Below, in pieces: positions 47,387 to 57,123 of a DNA stretch of 64,000 nt. This DNA comes from Trueperaceae bacterium. GTDB lineage: Bacteria > Deinococcota > Deinococci > Deinococcales > Trueperaceae. The stretch covers positions 1 to 64,000 of the forward strand of contig DASSXV010000075.1 of assembly GCA_035703635.1 (NCBI GenBank). The letters run 5' to 3'. The notes beneath the pieces were generated by a model. It did not search any database, was not told the origin of the DNA, and was given only the letters and a program-made list of their open reading frames with translations. Numbering within the stretch: the first letter of the stretch is position 1; each line of letters opens with the position of its first letter. The translations under genes were made by a program, and so were the position numbers.

Positions 47387-47416
47387 ATCATAGGCACGGC
47401 GTTTTGCGGCTGTCAA
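47387..47416 (-). promoter_or_regulatory. Sigma70 promoter TTGACA-18-TATGAT for the D-glutamate cyclase operon
   Basis: Minus-strand -35 at 47416-47411, -10 at 47392-47387. Confidence 0.65.
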
Positions 47417-47576
47417 TAACCAGGCTTTGCGGCTCTAACTAAACGGTGAACGCAGATAGGACCTTGCCATCTGGTGTGAAGGACGGGGCCTAACCTGACA
47501 CTCATCGATCGCTAGTCGATGCGGAGGTTGGATCAGAACATCATCAAGAACGAGCTTGGCGTGGGTAAACTCCAGC

Positions 47577-47948
47577 ATGCGCCTCTCCCCGCGTCTCCTA
47601 ACCCGCAGCGCGCGTCACGGTGCGCTCATCGCCGCCGCACTGATAGCACTGACCTTATCCGCCTGTACACCATCGCTCACGGTCGACGTGGGCGCGTCCG
47701 TCCGGGTGACCGCCACCCCTACCAGCAGCGGACTGCTGACGGTGCACGTGCCAGCCAGCCGTAAAGGCGCCATCGAAGTGCAGGACGTGGACGGCCGCTA
47801 CTTCAAGATCCCGCCCGGACACTTCCCACCACCCGGCACCTGCCGCATCTGGTATCCGCACCAGCCACCCGGCCAGCAACCCCCTCCCGGCGCATGCCGC
47901 GAGCTTGAACGACGCGTGCCGGCGGGCGCTTACCTTGTGTACGGGTGA
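47577..47948 (+). CDS. Small proline-rich lipoprotein
   Basis: Lipobox LSAC; KIPPGHFPPPGTCRIWYP...PPGQQPPPGAC motif; TAAACT -10 five nt before ATG 47577. Confidence 0.75.
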   Translation: MRLSPRLLTRSARHGALIAAALIALTLSACTPSLTVDVGASVRVTATPTSSGLLTVHVPASRKGAIEVQDVDGRYFKIPPGHFPPPGTCRIWYPHQPPGQQPPPGACRELERRVPAGAYLVYG

Positions 47949-48019
47949 GGACGCGGACGGCTGTGGCCAGAGGGCGTTGGGACTAACCGAGCTCACAACG
48001 TCAACAGGCAAGCGTTGCG

Positions 48020-49264
<1,245 letters not shown>

Positions 49265-49370
49265 TCACAGGCTTGCACCACTATTAGCCTCAGTGCTCGT
49301 GAGGTCGGAGGCCGCGCGATTACAGTTTCGAACGACTCAACCGACTTCGACGAGGCGGCAACAGCGCCTC

Positions 49371-49715
49371 CTAGACCAGACCCCAATGCACATGCCGGCG
49401 AATGTATTCGGATCTCCCCATCCTGCTCGGGCCCGCTTCCTCGTACCTACCCGCCGCAGCTACAAGGGCCGAGTCAACTCCAGAACTCTCGACCAGCCAG
49501 AACAGCATCTGCGGGTTGACCACGTGGTTGTAGGCAAAGCGGGCATCGCGGCCACCGGTGACCTTGCGCCCATATGTACGGGGACCGTCGTACTCCCACA
49601 GCCAGCCGAGCCAATGCTCCTTCTGTGTCCGGTACCAGACCCCGGGAGAGTCCACCGGCTCATCTTCGGGAAGCCGGGAGATCTTAGTCCTCAGCTCACT
49701 TGGTGTGCGAACCGG
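49371..49715 (-). pseudogene. Hypothetical protein, probably degraded (no clear start; early TAG)
   Basis: Protein-like WYRTQKEHWLGWL.EYDGP...YGRK...RDARFAYNH; frame open upstream of GTG 49655 without an ATG. Confidence 0.5.
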
Positions 49716-49797
49716 CTAGGCGGACATAATCATGAAAGGCGTGCTGCGAGTTCACCGGTAGGGCACCAAAGACCAAAACTCCGTACCACATGTCCGA

Positions 49798-50388
49798 TCA
49801 TCCGGCGCTCCGAGAGTTCCACTCTAGGCTGAATCGCTTGATGAGCCCAAGCTCTAGACCAGCACTAGCGTGAATCGGCAGGCCGTTCCATTCCAGGTCT
49901 GGGGGCGTGGCAACGAAGATTTCTACGCTTCCACCTTGCTCCAGTAAGTCTCTGATGATCGTGTTCAGACGGAGGCTGGTGCGTTGGGTAGAACCTGGCC
50001 GCAGGTACGACCGGAATCGGGTGGCCAAGCTGCGAGTCGCTACACCCACGTAGACCGCATAGCCTTTGACTACAAACGCGTACGCACCTACCGCCTTGGG
50101 CAAAGGCCGCTCCAGCTCAATCCGACCATCGACCGAGAGTATCCAAGAGCCGGCAGAGACGAAGCCACCCGACCTAAGAGTCTCGACGGAAAGCGGCGGT
50201 TTATTAGAGGGCGACTCTGCGCGTCGAGGAGCCTTGGACGTGACCTCTCCAGGGATCCTCGAGGGCAACATCCCGGACCTGCATAGGACATCGTAGGCAT
50301 GCTGGTAGCGGATACCTAGGATTCCAGCAATCTCCACAACTGAACTGCCCGAACGGGCTAGTTCGCGAATCTTGTCGGCCTTGGTCAT
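49798..50388 (-). CDS. GIY-YIG nuclease family protein with N-terminal HTH
   Basis: GAYAFV...VYVGVA...LATRFRSY, LELGLI...WN; N-terminal KADKIRELARSG...EIAGILGIRYQHAYDVL. Confidence 0.78.
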   Translation of the reverse strand: MTKADKIRELARSGSSVVEIAGILGIRYQHAYDVLCRSGMLPSRIPGEVTSKAPRRAESPSNKPPLSVETLRSGGFVSAGSWILSVDGRIELERPLPKAVGAYAFVVKGYAVYVGVATRSLATRFRSYLRPGSTQRTSLRLNTIIRDLLEQGGSVEIFVATPPDLEWNGLPIHASAGLELGLIKRFSLEWNSRSAG

Positions 50389-50517
50389 CTCTTGTGACGA
50401 CAGTGTAGTCCAGATTCCATTGTCTTAACCTAGGGGCGTGCACCGAGCCGCGCCGGGTGCGCTCTCTCCCAACTTGCGTGGAGCATTACAGAGGTTCAAT
50501 GCCTGCGACAGGCGGCC

Positions 50518-51689
50518 TCAAGGAGCATGTACCGCCGCCCTAGCCGCGGTATGCCCGGCACGGAGCTCCTCCACATGGAACTCAACGGCCGCGAAGAAGT
50601 GAACCTTGCTGTCTACGGCTAGGAGAAGGCTCAGATCAAACTCCGGCATCTGCCGTCGCCTATTCGCAGGGATGGTGAAGCCCTTGAGTCTCTCGTACCG
50701 CGCGATCAGGTTGTCACGAGCCCCCTCATAGCTGAAGGGCTCAAACTCATCTAGAGCGTTGAGGGCTACACTGTGCCTACCGCGCATCGAAATTCCTGCG
50801 ATGCGCACGACTCCGCTATCAACAGGCAGCTCCAAGTAGGCACCGCCCACCTTCGCTCCAAGGCCGAAGCGAACTATGAGCCCGCTCAGCCGCGCCCAGT
50901 CAAATAGTTCACGGGCGAGGCCAGCAGCCTGAGGGCCAGCGTGCTCGCTCATCGACGTGAGCAACAAGTCCTCGTTCCACTCAACATGCGCAGCACTAGA
51001 GTCGGGTCCCTTGCGCCTTCTCGCCTTCGCTGTTTGACCCAGTAGGCGCGGGACCAGCGTTTGAACGCCCTCATTCTCTCCAAGGTACTGGCGAACCTCG
51101 ACCGCAAGCACCTCCGCAGGGCCAATCTGGTCGTTCAGGAACTCAACCACGCGCTGCACTTCAAGTGGGACGCGATCCGCCACGAAAACCATTCGTACCC
51201 GACCAGCATCAAGGTTCGTGGCGACACGTTGCCAGAATGCCTCGGCGGTCTGACATCACTTAGAAACTCGCTCAAGACCTGCTCCGGCTGCCATCCAGTC
51301 TGTTCGCAAGTCGCTTCGAAATCGGGGGAGTGACTGTCCGCAGACCAGAAGGTCGCGGCATTGGCCGCGTAATCGAGCATCTGTCCGATCATCTCGCGGC
51401 GGATCCGAGTGTCGCTCGAACGATTGACCTCTACTAATATCGGCGCTACTTGGGTAGCTACGAAAAGGTGCTCGACCGACCACCGGCCCGACGACTCTTC
51501 GCTATCAGGGACCGATGCCTACCGCCGGACCAGCAACAATTGCGAGTCACGATCAGAGATGCTGGAACCCAACGACTGGGGGAAGGTCTCGAGCAGCGAT
51601 TGAAGCACGTCCTCTTTGGCGTAAGGGCTCGGCACCATCTTCACCTGCCCCGTCGACTCGCTTAGTAGGAAGACATCATCTTCAATCAC
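50518..51689 (-). pseudogene. PD-(D/E)XK (NucS/restriction endonuclease-like) nuclease pseudogene
   Basis: In-frame TAG at 51519-51521 (LLVRR*ASVP); WSVEHLFV...LVEVNRSSDTRIRREMIGQMLDYAAN; frameshift near 51250 into FWQRVATNLDAGRVRMVFVAD. Confidence 0.72.
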
Positions 51690-52961
51690 GGTGTCATCAC
51701 CATGACACTCCGACGGGTTCGAAATATGACCCTTTCCAAACGAGATTGTCCGATTGGTATGGAAGTATGCTAAATACCGGTCACAAGCGGCTCCGGTCGG
51801 CCCGGCCGTAGCGAAGGTGAGGTGCCTCCGACACGCGAGAATGTGTCCTTGACAACCAGCTGGTATTGATGTTCGAGCCGAGCTTCCGGCAGTCCCTCGA
51901 CACGCCTCTCGAGAACATCGGAGTGTTGGCCCAAGGCAATGCGTCGATGATCCCTCATGAGCTCGACGCCATAGATTGGTGAAACCGTCGGCTGGCACGG
52001 GGTGCGCCTTTCCGTCGTGGAAGCGGAAACCTTCGACGTCGTCACGCGGTGCCGGAAGGGCAGCGTGGGGTTTAGGGACGTCATCACCGAAACGGCGCGC
52101 TAAGGTCGTCGCGGCGAGATCTACCCAGCGCGCTTGAGTCCCAATAACGTTGTGGCCAGCTGTTTCTGCTCGCATAAGTTGGATTGACAAGTCGGCGCGG
52201 AGTGCGTACAGGACGTGTTGTTTAGGAATGTCGGCGTATAGGTCAGCGAACGATTCTCTATCCTTGCTAGCTGACGGGCGGCCGCCGTGGATCATCACCC
52301 GGCTGAAGCGGTCTGCTTGCTCCTTGAGGGCTGAATACGCCGACATTCGTGGGGCGCTGTGGTAGTAGCGGGGCGGTTGCGGGCGGCATAGGCGAGTGCG
52401 GCCGGCGTCGGCCTCGGCGATCAGGTCGTGTTGGCCCCAGCGGCACACTCGAGCCCTGGGCGTTGGCGTGTGTTCGGGAAGAAGCGGATGATCGTGACGA
52501 CGATGCAGGGACGGCGGAAGTCGCCGACCAGCATCTCGCCGTAGTTGTGGGGCAGGTCGATCAGCTTGCGGACCGGGTCGCTCCACGGGTGACCGCCCTC
52601 GACCAAATAGCGCATCGCGGTGCGGGCATGGGGCGTCTGCGTTCAGGGCCTTTGGCGCCGATAATTCGGTGCTTGACCACTCATCACGTAGGAGCGGGAG
52701 CAGGCGATTGGCTCGGGTCGTGCCCTTGAGGCGGCCTATCGACAGATAGACCTGCTCACGGCTGGATTGGTCGATAGCTGGCACCTAACGGCCGCCGTAT
52801 CGACGGTCAGTGGGTGGGTTAGTACTGGAGAGCATGACGTCGAGTCAGGCATGCATAGCGGAGCGGATGAGTGTATAGGTGCAAGGGTGCAAACTGGCCG
52901 AAATGTGGGCGGGCGCCCCCTTGAGACGCCCGCGATTTTGCGTCCTACACGTTGTTTCTCA

Positions 52962-53036
<75 letters not shown>

Positions 53037-53054
53037 TTACCGCCAGCGTTACGA

Positions 53055-53083
53055 AGTCTAGCCTCTGGGCCGGGGGCCGTCAA
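53055..53083 (-). promoter_or_regulatory. Promoter of tRNA-Val (TTGACG-17-TAGACT)
   Basis: Minus-strand -35 at 53083-53078, -10 at 53060-53055. Confidence 0.7.
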
Positions 53084-53139
53084 CGCCTTGCCCTCCCCTT
53101 CTCATCGGCCGAGGTCGCCTCCAGGGGCCCACCGGAGCC

Positions 53140-53258
53140 CCACCCACCAAATCCTCAACGCGCGTGTTGCGCGCAACCCCCCACTCACCGCGAAGGACGG
53201 CGCCAGCCTCCCTAACGCTCTCCCGGAGCTCCTCGACCCGCGCGTCCCCCATACTCAA
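53140..53258 (-). pseudogene. N-terminal remnant of a NadS/HigA-like antitoxin (HTH missing)
   Basis: MGDARVEELRESVREAGAVLRGE pattern, then loss of similarity. Confidence 0.45.
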
Positions 53259-53715
53259 CTCCCGGCGCGGGACAGGAAGAAACTACGCCCGTAGCAATCT
53301 CCTCCTCTATGAAGCCCTTGAGAAGTCCTGCGATTTCCGGCGTGATCTCGACCTCGGTCAGCGGGTAGTCTTCCTTCCGCTTCGTCACTTCATCGCCTCC
53401 GCCCCAACTCTCTGGTAAAGCCTCGCGCCGCGACCCAACCGGACCCAGCTGCCGTAATTGCAACGTGCGAAACATGAATTGGGTCGCGGTTACGAGACGT
53501 TGATTCAGGGATGGTTGATGACACACTCACGCGACTTGAAGGCGCCGTAGCTGAGGTGGAGTTCATAGGTGTGCCAATAGCGACCGGAGTGCCACAAGTT
53601 AATGCAGGCGGTCCCATCTGGAACTCATTGCCATCCTCACTCCGATGGCGCCCCAGAACAGACGCCCACCCAGGACTCGGCCGTGCTCGCACTGGCCACT
53701 GCTGATCCGCGTTTT

Positions 53716-54053
53716 TCACGGCAGTAAGTCGAGCATCTGCGGCCTCGCTTTCATCGAGTGGATCACCAACTCGTTGCCGCTGTCGAAGACGAGAACGACG
53801 GTTTCCAGAAGACCCCCTTGGTATCGAAACCAAGCCGAAGCTGCCGGGCAGGACTGTCATCATCCAGCTCCTCGAGTTCCTCGGGCGTGAATCTGATCGC
53901 TACAACCTGAGATGGTTGCGCACCGCGACCAGGCCGACCACGGCCGCGCTTCTTCAGAGCCGCAACGTCATAACCCGCCTTAGCTTCAGGTACCCACTCG
54001 GCTATCTGCCCTTCCGTAACGGGAACACCCTTGATCGTCTCCCGTGAGGCCAA
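53716..54053 (-). pseudogene. Chimeric remnant of a CopG/RHH-type antitoxin N-terminus fused to a toxin C-terminus
   Basis: ETIKGVPVTEGQIAEW...GRGRPGRG...VVAIRFTPEEL joined in frame to DDDSPARQLRLGFD; after a frameshift LLETVVLVFDSGNELVIHSMKARPQMLDLLP*. Confidence 0.65.
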
Positions 54054-54426
54054 GGGGTTATTGTATTACAGAAAGATTGGGGGTCATGAACCACCATCCC
54101 CAATACTCAGGCTGCGGCTCAGTACTTCTTCCTTGGCTCTAGCCGTCCGTTAGGGTAACGGTAGTGCGACGTGGACAGACTAAGAAATCTCATGTTGGAG
54201 GTTCCAATCCCTAGCCGGCTTAGGAACCTCCACTCTCTAACCCACAACCGTCTCACCTATAACGGAACTCAAACACTAAAGGCCCTGGCGCTAAGTACGC
54301 GTCACCGCGCGAAGAAGTCGTTGAGGCTGCTAGCAGTCGGACGGCATAGAAGTTGCTGGCGGGATGTTGGGACTAGAGACCCATCACCCCGCCAGCGGGC
54401 CAAGCTCAACGCGGGTACCGGGAATG

Positions 54427-55239
54427 CTACCCGCCGCTCACCGGCAGACCTACCTCCGGAGCCGGGGCCGGAGCCTGGGCTGGCGCCGGGCGAGCGTTGC
54501 GCGTCACCCAGTCGGCAAGCTGCAGCTCGGCGATCTTGGCACCCTCACCCGGCAGCAGGACGTCTTCGTCCATGGCCACGACGCCGAAGTACGGCGCTTG
54601 CGGGTCGGTGACGACCTCCCGCGGGTCGCCCTTCTTGGCAAGTGCGCCGCGCACCAACTCATCGAGGCGATAGCGCTGCGGGCCAGCAATCTCAACGATG
54701 CCGTTGAACGGCTCACCGACTGAAGCCTTGCCAACGCCTTGGGCGACCTCGTCCGCGGCCATTGGTTGGATGAACACGGGCTGCAGACGCACTGTGCCGC
54801 CCACGGTAGCGGCGTCGGTGATGCGGCCCAGGAACTCGTAGAACTGCGTTGCGCGCACGATCGTGAAGGGGATGCCTGACTCGCGGATGAGCCGCTCCTG
54901 TTCGAGCTTGGCGCGGAAGTAGCCGCTTTGCTGCAGCCGCTCGGTGCCCACGACTGACAGCGCCACGTGATGCTTTACGTTGAAGGCATCCTCTGCGGCG
55001 AGCAGATTGCTCGTAGCGGTCTTGAAGAACTCCATGGCGGCGGCGTCCTCGAAGGACGGGGAGTTGGAGACGTCGACGACGACGTCCGCACCATCCAGAA
55101 CTTCGGCGATGCCGGCCCCGGTGAGGACATTGACGCCGGTTTCTGGTGACGCCGCGATGGCACGGTGACCGCGCTCCGTGAGCTTGCTGACGAGCTTCGA
55201 GCCGATGAGTCCGGTCCCGCCAATTACGACGATGTTCAT
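54427..55239 (-). CDS. NmrA-like/atypical SDR NAD(P)-binding protein
   Basis: MNIVVIGGTGLIG, DVSNSPSF, LSVVGT, GYFRAK, RATQFYEF. Confidence 0.88.
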   Translation of the reverse strand: MNIVVIGGTGLIGSKLVSKLTERGHRAIAASPETGVNVLTGAGIAEVLDGADVVVDVSNSPSFEDAAAMEFFKTATSNLLAAEDAFNVKHHVALSVVGTERLQQSGYFRAKLEQERLIRESGIPFTIVRATQFYEFLGRITDAATVGGTVRLQPVFIQPMAADEVAQGVGKASVGEPFNGIVEIAGPQRYRLDELVRGALAKKGDPREVVTDPQAPYFGVVAMDEDVLLPGEGAKIAELQLADWVTRNARPAPAQAPAPAPEVGLPVSGG

Positions 55240-55340
55240 GATCTGCCCTTTCGCTTGTGTGGTGGCCGCGCCGATGGCGCTACCCGAGAGATTGCTCGCC
55301 AGACTGCCGGCAGGCGTGATCTTGTTTCCTGACATGGCGC

Positions 55341-56111
55341 TCAGCGGCCTTCGGCCGCATCGATGATCATGGCCGCCACCTCGTGTGGATGGGAGACCAT
55401 GACCGCGTGCGAGGCGCCGCTTATGACGCGAGTCTCGCGGGCGCTAGCTCTCTCGGCCATGAACGCCAGCACTTGCGCGGGGATGTTCAGGTCGTCAGAG
55501 CCGTATATGAAGTAGCTGGGGAGCGTCTTCCAAGCCGTCCCGACGGTCGGCTCCGCCAGCGCGGTCAGCGTTACTGGGCGCTGCGTTACGGCCATCAACT
55601 CTGCCTGCTCTACTGGCACATCGGCCGCGAACTGCTGCGGAAACTTATCTACCTGGATGAACAGATCCTGCCCGCCGTCAGCCAACTCGACCGGCTGCAG
55701 CGCCTCACCCAGCGTGCTCCCGGGGAACATGCTGCTGAGGGTCAGCGAGGACTCGCCGAGATCGGGGGCAAAGGCCGCCACGTACACCAGTGCGATCACG
55801 TTGGGCTGGCCAACGGCCGCCTCGGTGATGACCGGGCCACCGTACGAGTGACCGACGAGGACGACTGGGCCGGGAATCGAGCGCAGCACGGCGGCAACCG
55901 AAGCCGCGTCACTGGCAACGCTGCGGAGCTGGTTCGGGACGGCGATGGCAGTGTAGCCAGCCGCCTCGAGATCGCTGATGACGCCGTACCAGCCCGATGA
56001 GTCGGCGAAGGCGCCGTGCACCAGAACGATAGTCGGGGTTTGCTGGGCGAGGGCTTGGCCCGCAAGGCCCGCCGTGAGGGCGAGCGTCAGAGGGAGCAGT
56101 GTCTTAAGCAT
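55341..56111 (-). CDS. Secreted alpha/beta hydrolase
   Basis: Signal peptide; LVHGAFAD, VGHSYGG, D in DDLNIP, ASHAV; AAGGAG RBS. Confidence 0.9.
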   Translation of the reverse strand: MLKTLLPLTLALTAGLAGQALAQQTPTIVLVHGAFADSSGWYGVISDLEAAGYTAIAVPNQLRSVASDAASVAAVLRSIPGPVVLVGHSYGGPVITEAAVGQPNVIALVYVAAFAPDLGESSLTLSSMFPGSTLGEALQPVELADGGQDLFIQVDKFPQQFAADVPVEQAELMAVTQRPVTLTALAEPTVGTAWKTLPSYFIYGSDDLNIPAQVLAFMAERASARETRVISGASHAVMVSHPHEVAAMIIDAAEGR

Positions 56112-56121
56112 GGTTGTCTCC

Positions 56122-56943
56122 TTACGACCGGATGAACGCCAGCAGGTCGGCATTGATCCGGTCCTGGTGGGTAACGGTGAGTCCGTGGGGGGCCTCGGGG
56201 TAGTAGATGGCCTTGACGCCCTGGATGATGCGCTCGGCCTTCTTTGCGGTGTCGTGGACCGGCACGATCTGGTCGTCCTCGCCGTGCATGAGTAACGTTG
56301 GGACGTCGAAGCGCCGCAAGTCCTCCGTGAAGTCGGTCTCGGAGAACGCCTTGATGCACTCGTAGGCGTTCTTCAGGCCGACCTGCATGCACAGGCGCCA
56401 GAACTGGTCGAGTACGCCCTGCGGGACGTTCGCGCCCGGGCGGTTGGCGCCGTAGAACTGCACGGCGAACTCTCGATAGAACGTGGTCCGGTCCTTGGCG
56501 AGCGCCGTACGCAGCCCGTCGAACACGTCTAGCGGGATCCCTTCAGGATTGGCGGCGGTCTGCAGCATGAGCGGCGGCACCGCTCCGATGAGTACGGCCT
56601 TGGCAAGGCGCGAGGTGCCGTGGCGGCCGATGTAACGTGCCACTTCACCCCCACCGGTGGAGTGCCCGACAAGCGTGACGTCTGTCAGGTCGAGCGCCTC
56701 GATCAACTCAGCCAAGTCGTCGGCGTAGCCGTTCATGTCGTTGCGCGTCGAGGCTTGGCTCGAGCGGCCGTGACCGCGCCGATCATGTGCCACCGTGCGG
56801 TAGCCGTGTTGCGCTAAGAAGAGCAGTTGCCCGTCCCAGGCGTCGGAGTTGAGCGGCCAGCCGTGCGAGAACACCACTGCTGGGCCGTGACCCCAGTCCT
56901 TGTAGTAGAGCTCGGTGCCGTCCTTGGTCGTGATGAAGCTCAT
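56122..56943 (-). CDS. cpo: Non-heme chloroperoxidase/perhydrolase-type alpha/beta hydrolase
   Basis: [43 protein letters not shown]. Confidence 0.9.
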   Translation of the reverse strand: MSFITTKDGTELYYKDWGHGPAVVFSHGWPLNSDAWDGQLLFLAQHGYRTVAHDRRGHGRSSQASTRNDMNGYADDLAELIEALDLTDVTLVGHSTGGGEVARYIGRHGTSRLAKAVLIGAVPPLMLQTAANPEGIPLDVFDGLRTALAKDRTTFYREFAVQFYGANRPGANVPQGVLDQFWRLCMQVGLKNAYECIKAFSETDFTEDLRRFDVPTLLMHGEDDQIVPVHDTAKKAERIIQGVKAIYYPEAPHGLTVTHQDRINADLLAFIRS

Positions 56944-57049
56944 GGTTCCTTCCTCTCCAGCGACGACCGCTGCCTAGCCCGGGCGGCAGGTGATGGTCGT
57001 GCTGGGCAGAAGGTAGATCCTGCAGTGCAGGCGTCGCGTCCGTGAGAAT

Positions 57050-57109
57050 CCCCAGTCGGGTCCCTAGCCGGGTGCCTGGTGTGGCCCCTAGCCGAAACCC
57101 TGGGGACCG
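57050..57109. repeat. Five imperfect tandem 12-bp repeats (core CCCTRG), putative regulator-binding array
   Basis: CCCCAGTCGGGT / CCCTAGCCGGGT / GCCTGGTGTGGC / CCCTAGCCGAAA / CCCTGGGGACCG at exact 12-bp spacing. Confidence 0.6.
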
Positions 57110-57123
57110 AAGTAGTCGCCGGG

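Noticed and set aside
51519-52784. 421-aa ORF in the track
   Set aside because: Appears to be an accidental read-through of several relics: a frameshifted hypothetical gene, a second protein-like segment near 51950-52350 and the nuclease pseudogene N-terminus. It is not one coherent protein and I cannot name the first two pieces.
52790-52961. Integrase gene or attL/attR pair at tRNA-Val
   Set aside because: No recombinase ORF and no second copy of the tRNA 3' end found by eye; only a GCGGGCG/CGCCCGC hairpin, probably the tRNA terminator
57050-57109. CRISPR array
   Set aside because: Repeats are 12 bp, degenerate and contiguous with no spacers; no cas genes and no CRISPR array seen anywhere in the window
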